A stretch of 64,000 nucleotides of DNA from positions 11,284,001 through 11,348,000 of the forward strand of contig OX597832.1 in the NCBI GenBank assembly GCA_951406725.2. The letters run 5' to 3'. Each line of letters starts with the position of its first letter. Positions within the stretch are counted from its first letter, which is position 1. This document shows positions 13,190 through 25,355 of this stretch, one piece after another. This stretch comes from Octopus vulgaris. Lineage: Eukaryota. Under the pieces are notes generated by a model. That model saw only the letters and a program-made list of their open reading frames with translations. It did no database searches and had not been told where the DNA came from. A program made the position numbers and the translations under genes.

Positions 13190-13750
13190 TCTCTTTCCCG
13201 GGGAGGGTGTCATTACTTTCTTGTCCATGTAAACTTGTAGTATAAAAATTTAACATATGTGATGTAGTGCACATTTTAATTTTAGTATGTTAAGCCACCA
13301 TGAGCAGCTTTAGATAATTCATTTCATTTTTGTTTTGTTCAGAGAATTGTTTTTCTTTTATTTTTTTTTCGTTTTGCAAAATGGGAAATGTGAGAGTAAG
13401 AAAATGAGGCCCCCAAAAATAAATGAATCAATGGTGGTTGGCATAGGTAAGAATGATGTTAAGAAATAGAAATTCAGGACCATTTTTAAGAAGAATTGTA
13501 ATGTAATATGCATTAGAAGTATAAATACTGAAACATTCTTCAAAGACAAGGTAAAGGGAGGAAAAGATAAGTTAAAGAATTTTTTTAAAAATGATTTCAA
13601 TTTTATTTAATTTTGAATGTTTATGACAAGAATTTTAGAATGTGTGGGAAAAAGTACTGATGAAATGCTTAAAAATTAATTTTAAATCGTGACAACTACT
13701 TTGAAGTTATGCTGAAGAGAGGGAGTAAAGCAGTTAAAAAAGCATAAGTT
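13190..13750 (+). mobile_element. possible decayed Tc1-like remnant
   Basis: GGGTGTCATTACTTTCTTGTCCATG resembles a Tc1 terminus; frameshifted WEK.TDEMLK at ~13645-13675 resembles a Tc1 transposase C-terminus. Confidence 0.25.
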
Positions 13751-14182
13751 ATTCATTTTTTTTAATGTGACTTACAAGTTACATGTAGGTTATCATGGAA
13801 TATTAAAAAGTACCGAAATATAAACCCCAAAATAAAACCCTTCTAATTTACCTACCGACTAGCCTATCAACTGTTCCAAAGTTTGCAACATTCGAAGCAA
13901 CGGTATTAAACATTTTTACATGAACTCATAGCAGGTGCTAAATACGAGTGGAAACTACTACGGCTTCACTGTGTTATGTATTAAGTTTTTATATAAATTT
14001 CATGCATACTTGTGTGTATTATATTGTTGCATATAGAATGATTTACATATATCCCCAAAACCGTTGAAGTGTGTATGTGTGTGATTTCTGGAAACGCGCC
14101 TAGCGAAGCGTTAAAATATTTGTAAATTCCATCTGTGGATCATTGTTATAATTATTATTATCATTATTGTTATTATTATATA

Positions 14183-14316
14183 CATAGGTGTGGCTGTGTG
14201 GTAAAGAGCTTGCTTCCTAACCACATGGTTCCGGGTTCAATCTCACTGCTATAGCCTCGGGCTGACCAAATCCTTCTGAGTGGATTTGGTAAATGCAAAC
14301 TGAAAGAAGCTGGTCG

Positions 14317-14348
<32 letters not shown>

Positions 14349-14411
14349 TATATATATATAGTGTGTGTGCATGGCCGCATTCAATTGACTGAAACAAGTA
14401 AAAGAAAGAGT
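14183..14411 (+). mobile_element. SINE family A with most of the 3' half deleted
   Basis: Head and microsatellite join directly to GCATGGCCGCATTCAATTGACTGAAACAAGTAAAAG. Confidence 0.85.
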
Positions 14412-14432
14412 ATATATATATGTATATATATA

Positions 14433-15688
14433 CTAGCAGTATCGCCCGGCGTTGCTCGGGTTTGTAAGGGAAATAACTATATAAGCATTTTTAGAGAGTT
14501 ATAGCCAAAAAGTAGCAAAAAAATGCATTAAAAATTGAAAAAAAATTAAGGTAAATTTTTCTTTAAATCGTTGACACATCGTAGATATTTTTAGAGAGTT
14601 ACTTCCCTTATATAAAAGCGAAAAAAATGCATTAAAATGGAAAAATATGATGGTAATTTTTTTTTAAATCGTAGACTCATCGTAGACGCGCGCTAATACC
14701 CAGAAGGGCTCGTTTGTTATTCTGGGTAACTTTCTGTAAAATTATTAAAATTTTGTTCAAACATCGCTATAGAAAATAGGTTATTAGCTAATATTCAATT
14801 GGGTATACAACAAAATTTTACGATAGAATTTGTTATTCTGGGTAACTTTCTGTAAAATTATTAAAATTTTGTTCAAACATCGCTATAGAAAATGGGTTAT
14901 TAGCTAATATTCAATTGGGTATACAACAAAATTTTACGATAGAATTTGTTATTCTGAGTAACTTTCTGTAAAATTATTAAAATTTTGTTCAAACATCGCT
15001 ATAGAAAATGGGTTATTAGCTAATATTCAATTGGGTATACAACAACATTTTACGATAGAATTTGTTATTCTGGGTAACTTTCTGATACCCATAATAATAT
15101 TTATGGCAAAATAGGCCTTAATTTCATTTAAGATTGTGGGAAATAACAAACTATCCTTTCTTTCGGTTTGTTTACGTTTAGCGTAATGATTTCAAATAGG
15201 CTCATTCGAAAAAGTAAATAGAAATAGTCTAAGGCTTTACTCTTCTGGGAAAGTCTGTGGCTTGGTCCAGTTTCTTCAGAAAACTCACCGAAAGAAACAG
15301 TTTTTAAATTTTCACTCCATTCAGGTACCAATTCGTTTTCTTTATCGCTGTCGGATTCACTGTTTTCACTTTAATAGCTGCCAACTTGCAAAGACAAAGG
15401 TGGAGAAGGGTGATAGCGTCAGTGAAACAATTCGCTCCCTTTGTGTGTGTGTGCGTTTGCGTGTGGTGTAAACCAGACTAAGAAAAGCATTTGACACACA
15501 CACCAGAATGTGAGTTTTCTGTAAATTTTGCTTAATTGGAGTTTAAATTTTAAAAACTGGACCTGGCATGACGCGATGCATTGTACTCTTAAAATTGCTA
15601 GGTAAATTGTAATTGAAGAAATCCTATATTGTAGATTTGTATAACTCCCAAAGGGAGGCAGATAAAATCTGCCTTTTATAATAAGAGA
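14433..15688 (-). mobile_element. non-autonomous Helitron
   Basis: Minus strand starts TC (15688) and ends CTAG (14433); inserted between host A and T in (TA)n, no TSD; subterminal hairpin CCCG(A)GC-AAC-GCCGGG just upstream of CTAG. Confidence 0.85.
14713..15084. repeat. 116-bp tandem repeat, ~3.2 near-identical copies, inside the Helitron
   Basis: Unit TTTGTTATTCTGGGTAACTTTCTG... starts at 14713, 14829, 14945 and 15061. Confidence 0.95.
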
Positions 15689-15739
15689 TATATATATATC
15701 ACGCACTTGTTTCTGAGTGTGTGTGGACGGTAGCCTGAT

Positions 15740-17430
15740 TATGCGAGCTTGTTTCTACTTGTATACGTATGTATGCGTGAGTAGCTTTGTATTTGAGTTT
15801 GTGTGTTCGTGAGTGCGCATAGACGTGTACGGAAGACCGCTACCGTCTTTCTTTTGAACCTGTCGATTAACACAGAAGTTAAGGCTTTGTCTATTACAGA
15901 GGAAATACTCTGACCTAGATACCATATAAGTGCTAAAGCTGGCTTTCTTCTCACTTTTAATGGTGATGACTGTCCCTCACTGTGCTTGTCTTGTTTGCCG
16001 TTATTCTTTGTTGTCATAGATGTTCTTTTTATTGGTATGTTACGATAAGAATGTTTACAACAAAGAATTTAAAAAAGCTACTCGTGATTTTTTAAAGGCC
16101 AAAATATATTTTATTGTTAACTAAATAGATGTTGCCGTTAGAGCGAGTAACAAAGAAATGCTTTTTACGCCAAAATATTCCGAAGCTTATAAGAGGTGTT
16201 GTTGGGCTAGGTTTTATGGTAGTCATCCTCGTTTCTTGTAGCTGGTTATGGTATGATTCTCACGCCGTTGCTCATTGTCTTTGTTTTTTGACACCACTTT
16301 GGTCGCTGCTAGTTCATGGATACTAGTTAGTATCTGCTGTCTTGTGGCTAAAACATGCAAATATATAGCGATGGCCTTGGTCAGAAAAATCCAGCCAAAG
16401 ATGAGATTGTTATTAGATTTGGTGTCACAAGAAGTCTTTCTTGCATGCTCAGACATTTTGATGGCGTGGCTAATATTTTGTGTGAATAGTGAACATGTTC
16501 TTTAGCTTTTAGGGTTTTCTTGATTCTTTCTTTATCAGGGCTCTAAGTATTTTTGCAATGTTTCATCCCCTGATCCATTTTTCTGTGTATACAAATGTGC
16601 TGATGCAACTAGGGGTGAGTGGGTGCTTACTTGAATGTGTACTTAGCTAGCCATAACCTTAAAATATTACTTTTTCCACTCCGCCATTCCAATGTTTACT
16701 ATAGATTTTGATATGCTTGAGGAATGGTTTTAAGAGGATATGTAAAGGGTTACTGAGGCGGTGGGTTTCGCATGCGGGACCTGCTATTATAGGTTTTATT
16801 TTGAGGCCATTAGGAGTAGGGGCTTTGATTATTATCTCTATGGCTATCTTGCATGCGTTACTTATTTTCACACTTTTGTGTATCTTTGAAATACCATAGA
16901 ATTCACTGGTTTTACTTTTGAAATTGGTCATATAGTCATATTCTTTGTCGGTGAGCCCTTCTCTGTATAGGTTTAACATGGATTTTAGGTCTCTCATAAT
17001 TTTCTACTGATTGAAGTGTTTTGGGACTTTTCATATGTTGTGTCTTCCAGTATGGATAGTACTAGAGTTATATAGAATACCGTGTCCATTAAGAAAACTG
17101 CCCTCCCTTTATAAGACACTTGTTATTGTTTTGTCAGCTTTTAATTTGTTCAGCTCAAACCATTCATTTTTACTGAAGTTTGGTTTGTGTTTTTGTTTTT
17201 GCATATGTTGATATTCGGGATGTATATGTATATATGGGTACAGTACATCATCAGCTGTGCAAACAACATGAAATACGTAAACGTAGGACAAATAAACATA
17301 TAAAAGGGACCCTGGCTATCTACTCCTCATTTCGAGCATTCAACGAGAATGTGAGTCTTCACAGACAGTTGCACCCAAAAATTCTACATTAATATTTAGG
17401 ATTTATGGAGGGTAAAAGTCGGGAACGTTC
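15740..17430 (-). mobile_element. decayed, internally deleted Penelope-like retroelement (RT fragment)
   Basis: ORF 16659-16997 FYGISKIHKS...LKIKPIIAGPACETHRLSNPLHILLKPFLKHIK fits the PLE RT motif FYGLPKIHK...LRPIIA; upstream KADK is in another frame; boundaries approximate. Confidence 0.75.
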
Positions 17431-17446
17431 ATATATATATATATAC

Positions 17447-17718
17447 AGGCACATGAGATTATGACTAGGGTTTTCGGTTCATGATCTCAGAGTCGTGAGT
17501 TCGATTTCCAGCGCTGAGTTGTGTCATTCAGCAAAACTCTTTATTTCACTCAAATCTACTCGTTGTCACATTCTGTGTCACGCTGAATCTGACAGAGAAC
17601 TACGAAAAGTGAACGCCTGTCTATGCACTGCTCAGCCATGTGTACATTAATTATAGACGTAGGCTGTCCCGTTGATTTGATCGACAGGAAATCTCGACGT
17701 TATAACAGGCGCAATGCC
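17447..17718 (+). mobile_element. old SINE with family C-like head and family B-like 3' half
   Basis: GTGAGTTCGATTTCC...AGCAAAACTCTTTATTTCAC (C type), then TGTCACATTCTGTGTCACGCTGAATCT...GAGAACTACG...GCTCAGCCA (B type). Confidence 0.7.
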
Positions 17719-17765
17719 GGTTTACATACACATACATACATAGACATAGAAATATGTCTATACAT

Positions 17766-17805
<40 letters not shown>

Positions 17806-18287
17806 ATTCTTGTACATATATTTACAAGCAAATATATATACATAAATAAATGCATCCATATATAGATATACATGTATATATAACACATACACAAACTTTT
17901 TTTCATCTAGTTTCAGCTCACGAGCTGTGGCATTCGTATATGGGTGTGTGTGTATGTGTTTTTATCGAAATATATATGTACGTGTATATATATGTGTGTG
18001 TGTGTCTAGCTACGAATGGTATGAAAGAACAGTCATAGAGACAGCCTTCTTCAAGATTACATACTTTCACTGTGAAGTGTGCAGAACACATTAAATTACA
18101 AGACAGAAGAATATTTGATTGAATCAAGTCCAGGATATTTTACGGTAATATTGTTATCAATCCCAGGATGAGGTGTATAGTCAGAACATAGGACGCCAAA
18201 GAACATTATAAACCTTTAAGAGCATCGTAATCTTTATGCTAACTCTTAGCAACCACAACGTACCATCATAAGCAAAAGCAGCTACAA

Positions 18288-18319
18288 CAATGGTGATGAT
18301 GATGATCATGATAGTGGTG

Positions 18320-18350
<31 letters not shown>

Positions 18351-18527
18351 TAGTAATAATAATAATAACAATAGTAATAATATTGATAATAATAATAATA
18401 ATAGTAATAATAATAGTAGTAATAATAATAGTAATAATAATAGTAGTAATAATAATAATAATAATAGTAATAATAATAATAATAGTAATAATAATAGTAG
18501 TAATAATAATAATAATAATAATAACAA
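18288..18527. repeat. (AAT)n/(AGT) trinucleotide microsatellite
   Basis: Direct reading. Confidence 0.95.
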
Positions 18528-18740
18528 TTGGATTAACTCATGCAGATAACCGAAAAAAAAGAGGGAATTATAAAAGGTATTCCAATGTCTGTTAGATGCG
18601 TATTCCCATGGGAGTTTCCTCTCACCTTCTTTTCTCTCTGGCGCTAAACCTTTTAACCAACTTCTTAAAGCAGACTACATCTGATGTAAATACTCTAGAA
18701 GGACAGTGGCCATATTTTGTTCACGACACTTTGAGTAGTA

Positions 18741-19108
18741 TACCACTATTACTACAACTACTACCACTACTACTACTACTAGTACTACTACTATTACTAC
18801 TACCACCACCACCACCACCACCACAACTACTATTATTATTATTACAACTACCACCGCCACCGCTACTACTACCACCACCGCCACTACGACTACTACTATT
18901 ATTACTACTACTAATAATAATAATAATACTAACAACAACAACAACGATGACGACGATAACGACGATGAGGATGATGATGATGATAATTGTGACGACGACG
19001 ACGACAACAATAATGATGATGGTAATACCAATGATGATGATAATAATAATAATAATAATAATGATGATAATAATGATAATAACAAGAAGAAGAAGAATGA
19101 TGATAATA
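18741..19108. repeat. compound trinucleotide array (CTA/CCA/CCG/ATA/ACA/ACG/ATG/AGA)
   Basis: Direct reading; produces the poly-L/P/I/T/M ORFs. Confidence 0.95.
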
Positions 19109-19479
19109 AGGGTTTGATATACAATACAGACCAAAAAGGCAAACTTAAAAAAGAAAATCAATTAAGAACTCTAGTATCATAATAGATAAAGAAACAGAGA
19201 TAAGGGAATTAGACAAAACACAGTCATACAAACGCTTGTGAATCAATAAATTAGTCAGAGCCCAACACACAAGAATGAAAGACCAGATTAGAAAGAACTG
19301 TTTGAGACGCATTACTTTAATTCTGAAACAGAACTATCTTAAAAGATATAAAGTAATAGGTAGCGATCGATCGATGAGACTGAATTAATGAATTGTGAAT
19401 TGTGGCAATATTTCTCGAGTGTTTACGTAACTAGGTATCGAAGTCTGAGTAATAATAGTCTGACTTGGCTAAAGTGTTA

Positions 19480-19841
19480 AAAGGGTAAAAGGGTCAAGGT
19501 CCCCTTTCTTTCAGTCATGGACGACAATGACCCTGGGGTTGCACCTAGAATGTTACCCTCCGAGGCGCAAGTCCGGGCAAGGTTGTTTATGAAAGACCAG
19601 CAGTTGCCCATGCATGCCGGCCTCCTCCTCTACATGCCACCGATGATATCCAAGGGAAAGGCAAAGGTCGATACAGCTTGGCACCAGTGATGTTGAAACT
19701 TATTTCTATAGCTGAGTGAACTGGAGTAACGCGAAATGAAGTGTCTTGCTCAAGAATACAAAACGCAGCCCAGTCCGGGAATCAAGCTCACTTCCACAGG
19801 ATTGAGAGCCCGACACACTAACCACTTTGCCAAGCACCCAC
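19480..19841 (-). mobile_element. SINE family C (CORE-like central domain)
   Basis: Reverse complement of 24660-24992; CTTGAGCAAGACACTTCATTTCGCGTTACTCCAGTTCACTCAGCT resembles the MIR/CORE domain. Confidence 0.88.
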
Positions 19842-20113
19842 AAAATCCACCCTATATTTTCCCCTCGGATGAAGGATTATAGTCATATATCCACTGACTG
19901 ATTACAAAATAGCACAAAAAAAAACTAACAAAATTAGCTACAGGACTCGAAGAAACTAGAAACGAAGCTATCAACAAAAACTTGAATTTTATCCAAAATA
20001 AGTCCATGAAATTCAAAACAGAGCATCTCGTATCTTTTCACGAAAGCAAAAGCTCTCGTGAAAAGATATGAGATAATACTTAGCAATCCCAGCCGATGCA
20101 CACGCACTTTATA

Positions 20114-20292
20114 AGCAGAGGCGTGGTTATGAGGTAAGAAGTATATTTTCCAACTACTTGGCACTGGGATCGGTCCCGTTGCGTGAAAACTTGAGCAAGT
20201 GCTTTTTACTATAGTCTTGGGCAGACGAAGAACTTCTGAGTGGAATTGATAGACGGAAACTGAGAGAAGCCTGTTGTGTATGTATATATATA
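20114..20292 (+). mobile_element. SINE family A 5' half (split by Tc1 fragment)
   Basis: Diverged head ending TAGACGGAAACTGAGAGAAGCCTGTTG(TA)n. Confidence 0.8.
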
Positions 20293-20885
20293 CACTGGGG
20301 CTGGACAAACTAATGGAAACGCCTTAAAATTCCAAACAAATTTATATAAATATAGGGTAGGACCGCCTTCACCAGTAATTACAGCTTGAATACTACGAGG
20401 TCTGGACTCGTACAAAGTTTGAATTGTTTCCAAAGGAATTTTTGTCCATTCTTCAGCTAAAAGAGTGACCTGCTCTTGTAGTGAATGATGGTTGAGGATA
20501 TCGACTCCAAGGTTGTTTTTTCTAAAATGCACCATAAATGGTCAATAACATTGAGATCTGGGGACTTTAGTTGCCACATAAGATGTTCAACTTTACCAGA
20601 ATGTTCCTCGTGCCATTCAGTAACAATTTTAGCTGTGTGAATTGTTGCATTATCATCCTGAAATATTGCGTTTCCCTTCAGAAACAGTTCCGCAACCGTA
20701 GGATGAATTTAATAAGATAAAATGCTTAAATCGTCTTGACTATTAATTCGGCCAGGAATGGAAACTATTGGGCTAGCGAGTTTTCAAGATATAGCCCTTC
20801 CTCCGATCATCACAGATCGTCCTCCATGTTTAACAGTTGGAAGAAGGCAGTCTGGGTCAAATGCTTCTTTTGCCTGTCTCCACAC
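20293..20885 (-). mobile_element. Tc1-superfamily transposon 3' fragment: transposase C-terminal part plus one terminus
   Basis: TA|CACTGGGGCTGGACAAACTAATGGAAAC terminus; minus translation VWRQAKEAFDPDCLLPTVKHGG, QDDNATIHTA...SPDLNVIDHLW, EEWTKIPLETIQTLYESRPRSIQAVITGEGGPTLY. Confidence 0.92.
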
Positions 20886-21190
20886 ACATATGTGTGTGTG
20901 TGTGTGCACGCGCGCGTGTGTGCGTGTGTATATATATGTTTGTATGTGTGTTTGCGTTTTAGGTGTGTCTGCATGAATATATCTATGTGTATCTTTATGT
21001 CTATGTTTATCCCCAGCCAGCGATTGACCTGTCGGTGTTGGTATGTTTACGTCCCTGCAACCTAATAGTTCTGCAAAAGAGAACGATAGAATAAGTAATA
21101 GGCTTTGAAAAAAATAAGTCCTAAAACATTTCAAGGCGGTGCTCCGGTATGGCCGCAATCAAATGACTGAAACAAGTTAAAGATAAATAC
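20886..21190 (+). mobile_element. SINE family A microsatellite and 3' half
   Basis: GTTTACGTCCCTGCAACCTAATAG...GGCGGTGCTCCGGTATGGCCGCAATCAAATGACTGAAACAAG. Confidence 0.85.
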
Positions 21191-21239
21191 AAGGATTACA
21201 CTGTAAGAAACTGTACCTATAATATGTCTCCGCTGTTTA

Positions 21240-22236
21240 TTGAATGAATTACCACAAATTGGTAGGAAACACGAATATTATTAAGACAATGAGTCCTTCA
21301 AATACAACACAGCAGAAGTTAAGAGTTTTATGTATGAAGAACAAAAATTGTTAAAATGCCGGACACTAAGCTACAAATCGTCTACTGAATGTGTTACTAA
21401 AACGGTTGCTTAAAGTTCTTTATGACCAAAACATGAAGACCTTGAAACATACAATGAAATATTTCATTGCTGTGACTTGGTTTCGGTACTGCATTACCAT
21501 TTCGCAGCACAAACCACCCAAAAAGAGGTACAGAATAAAAATTACGTTATGTAATTTCAGAATATGAAAACTATAGGAAGAGACAGGTAACTATATATTT
21601 CTGGTTAACTACAATAAACAGCGCACAATGCAATGCTATCGGCACGGCAGAGTAGCGAATTGCGTACTCTTGTTATTTATGTCAGTATCATAAAATACCA
21701 ACAAAATAATAGAATTACAAATTTACACCAGAAATTGTCTGCCAGACTAATAAAGCTGCAATATTTCTGCTCATGCCATTCTACGCAGGCAAAGCGTTGA
21801 AGCCTAATCGACCGGATATTACTGACTATAGCCTTTGTCGAATTGAAGCTCTTCCTGAACGAAGTATGAGACCTAACAAATGATGATTTATTACTGAAAG
21901 AAATGGTAAAATCATCTGCACATACTAATCTGACAACAGAAATAGCAAGAACATAAGGATTGTAGATCGAAATTGTTCATAAGTGCCTTAGGAATATTTA
22001 GAAACTATGCAGACAAAAGCATCCAATATTCCCAGGGATTACAAATATAAATATCATAAAGAAAATACTCAGATCAGTATTACATACTTATTTTGTTCAG
22101 TATTAGCAACTCGAAACATGATATATTACCAATACGTATACAATATATACCAAAAGCAATCAAAACTGTGTTCACTGGTACTGTGAAGACTAAATACTAT
22201 AAAAAAAAATTCTAATAAAAGAAAATAATAATAATA
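21240..22236 (+). mobile_element. decayed R4/Dong-clade LINE 3' end (zinc knuckle and restriction-like endonuclease)
   Basis: Plus frames give CNFRI...EETGNYI...YRHGRV, TPEIVCQTNKAAIFLLMPFYAGKALKPNRPDI, LLKEMVK...TEIART and ISALG, in the order CCHC / RHD / NRPD / EK..KY / GALG; ends in an A-rich, (AAT)n tail. Confidence 0.7.
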
Positions 22237-22237
22237 T

Positions 22238-22651
22238 GGCGTAGGAGTGGCTGTGTGTTAAGTAGCTTGCTTACCAACCACATGGTTCCAGGTTCGGTCC
22301 CACTGCGTGGGACCTGAGACGAGTGTCTTCTACTATAGCCTCGGGCCAACCAAAGCATTGTGAGTGGATTTGGTAGACGGAAACTGAAAGAAGCCCGTCG
22401 TATATATGTATATATATATATATATGTGTGTGTTTGTGTGTGTTTGTGTGTTAGTCCTCCCAGCACCTCTTGACAACTGATGCTGGTGTGTTTACGTCCC
22501 CGTAACTTAGCGGTTCGGCGAAAGAGACCGGTAGAATAAGTACTAGGCTTACAAAGAATAAGTCCTTGGGTAGATTTGCTCGACTAAAAGCGGTGCTCCA
22601 GCATGGCCATAATCAAATGACTGAAACAAGTAAAAGAATAAAAAGAGAGTA
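22238..22651 (+). mobile_element. SINE family A, full length
   Basis: Near-consensus copy directly after the Dong (AAT)n tail. Confidence 0.93.
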
Positions 22652-23464
22652 TGATTTGTTTATCATATTTCGATATCTCTTGGTAGTGGCATGAGTGAAA
22701 TGCTACGTTAAAACAGAATGTTTTCTTAATGTGAATTTAGAGTAATGAAGTTCGAAAATCATAAATGCATGAGAAGAGTAAATACCCAAGATTTATGAAT
22801 TGCTAGAAAACAGAAAATACTTGACTAAATAATCGAATATCATAACTATTAATATCGCCCCTTCATCCTAGAAAATATAGACGGAGTCTTGCAATACAAT
22901 TAACTCTTCTAAATTCACCATGCATCACATTGAATTGTTATGACCTCCGATAATTTCTATGAATGGATATGTCACAGGTACCAACATACAAGTGTCATTT
23001 GCAAGTCCTCGATGATTAGTAATTTTGATGTTAATAGAGTTTGCCAGGAAACAACGAGACGAAGTCGAATTCGAAAGACTACAGCTACAAGGAAACTCCT
23101 TAACCACAAAACTATGTTTGCGCCACTGAATCAAGAATATTTCTGTTACGATTACAATAGCTAAAACTAGTATTATAGATTCAAACATTATTGTGTAGAT
23201 TTTAGACTTGGGCTTGGGTTTCACAATCTCATCGGTCGATATAATGAGTAGCAGTCAGATACTGTGATCGATGACTCAATTGATTGATAGTCACGCCTTC
23301 ACAAATAGTTTCATTTTGAAAATTTAAGAAATAAATAGAAATAGAAATATCGGAAATAATGCTAACTGAATCAAAAATACACATCCACTCACATGCACGT
23401 ATATATCACACTTATGTGTGTGTATGTGAGCGTGTGTGTGATATATTAAACCTACATATAATAA

Positions 23465-23496
23465 ACACACATACATACATACACACACACACACAC

Positions 23497-23557
<61 letters not shown>

Positions 23558-23870
23558 GGGGGGGGTTCTGTTCAATCAAAAGTTTTGCAATATTCTCGTA
23601 ACTTCCTTTATTCGTCAGGTTTCGACAAAAGTAGCCTACCAATCATAATAGAGGCCATCGTATTGCATTTAAAGCCATCTCACTGTCAGTTCTTATATAT
23701 ATATATATATATATATATAATAAATATATCATATATACACATATATAGTATGTATATATATATATATATTTCATTTATACCTATGTATATATATATATAC
23801 ATAAAAATAGATATATATATATATATATGCATACATACACACGCACACGCACATATATGTATATATAAAT
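23465..23870. repeat. (AC)n/(AT)n/(AG)n microsatellite cluster
   Basis: Direct reading. Confidence 0.85.
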
Positions 23871-24059
23871 AGGAGATTGAAAAACTTTTCTTAAATATTA
23901 ACCACTGTTACACGCGTTCCATTTCGTAATAGAAGTTAGAATATCGTATATCTAGGAGAAACCTGTAAGACCTCTTGTTTCAGAAACTCGTCAGATAGAC
24001 GATCGCATAATATATCCTCTATTGGAAATTCTTGAGATAGATAGTCGAAGGTACTTAAT

Positions 24060-24615
24060 GCAAGAAAATTCCAAGCTCTCTGCTTTTAGCCATCTTGCGC
24101 TAACATATCGCAACAAAGATTCTTTGGACTAAAAGGAGCAGCAATCCCAGGCTCAGGTATAGTATGTGATTTGGGGATTAATTTGAGCAATGACGCCTCG
24201 TTTATCATTGCAGAGAGATATACAATACCGTAAATATACAATATCGTAGATGGAGTAGCACCAGCCTTCTGCATTGAATATTTTACCAGTTCCCATACTG
24301 GACGTCACTGCACAGTCCCAAAGGTCCCAGCCATCCTTCTAGAGAGAGGAACCGATGGTGCAATGACTTGGGATTTAAAGGCCCACAGCTATTTAATCTA
24401 TTGCCAGATATTTCTCAGAACTTCGTCAAGAAGTGGTTAAATATATTCAGAAAATTATTGAAGGACATGGTGCTGTCAAAGAGTCCAGATGAATCTATAT
24501 CACGGTAAGAAACTTAAAAGAAGCCAGCAAAACTAAACTCCTTCCTCCACCACAAGCCAATAGCCATTGGTAAGTTTATAATACATGGCCATAACATTTG
24601 GGCTAAAATAATAAA
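24060..24615 (+). mobile_element. decayed CR1-group LINE 3' fragment with internal deletion
   Basis: KFQAL...IVCDLGINLSNDASF, then ERYTIP*IYNIVDGVAPAFCIEYFTSSHTGRHCTVPKVP...LGFKGPQLFNLLP, typical of the post-RT region of CR1/L2-group ORF2. Confidence 0.75.
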
Positions 24616-24659
24616 TAATATATATACAAATATCAAAATACATACATGCATACACATAC

Positions 24660-24992
24660 GTGGATGCGTATGGCTCATTTGTTAGAGCGTCTACCTTACG
24701 ATCGTGAGGTTGTGAGTTCTATTCCGGGACCGGCTGTGTGTTGTGATCTTGAGCAAAGCACTTTATTTCACGTTGCTCCAGTTAACTCAGCCGTAGAAAT
24801 GAGTTGTAACGTCGCTGGTGCCAAGCTGTATCGGCCTTTATCTTTCCCTTGGATAACACTGGTAACGTGGAGAGGGGATGCTGGTATGCATGGGCGACTG
24901 CTGGTCTTCTATAAACAACCTTGCCCGGACTTGTGCCTCGGAGGGTAACTTTCTAGGTGCAATCCCATGCTCACTCGTGATCGAAGATGGTA
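24660..24992 (+). mobile_element. SINE family C (CORE-like), full length
   Basis: tRNA-like head TGGCTCATTTGTTAGAGCG...GAGTTCTATTCC, CORE-like segment, 3' half shared with 19480 and 10430. Confidence 0.9.
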
Positions 24993-25322
24993 TCCGATAC
25001 GCACACACACTCACAGACACACATGATTTCAAAGCGACGAAAGTATTTTGAGAAATTAAATTTAAATGTTGAAGTGAATATAACGGTTTTTGTGTGTTTT
25101 TAAATGGTTTATAATACATTTCATCCTGCAATTGTTTTTGTTTCTGTAAACGAACTCAGACCATTTCAGCTGCTATGCAATTACATCTCCGTAAGATATA
25201 TATGCATATATACATATATAAGTAGGCACACCAACATTTACATATATATAAATAATTGATGGTTTTCCACTTGTGAGACTGAAACAAGTAAATGATACGC
25301 GTATGTGTGTGTATGAGTGTGA

Positions 25323-25355
<33 letters not shown>

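Noticed and set aside
14713-15084. Regular repeats suggestive of a CRISPR array
   Set aside because: Whole 116-bp units repeat with no unique spacers; eukaryotic Helitron context
18290-19161. Poly-I/L/S/V/G ORFs resembling membrane or low-complexity proteins
   Set aside because: Trinucleotide repeats; no splice or domain support
19862-19895. CGGATGAAGGAT...ATCC hairpin resembling a hammerhead 5' half
   Set aside because: GAAA box and stem III are absent
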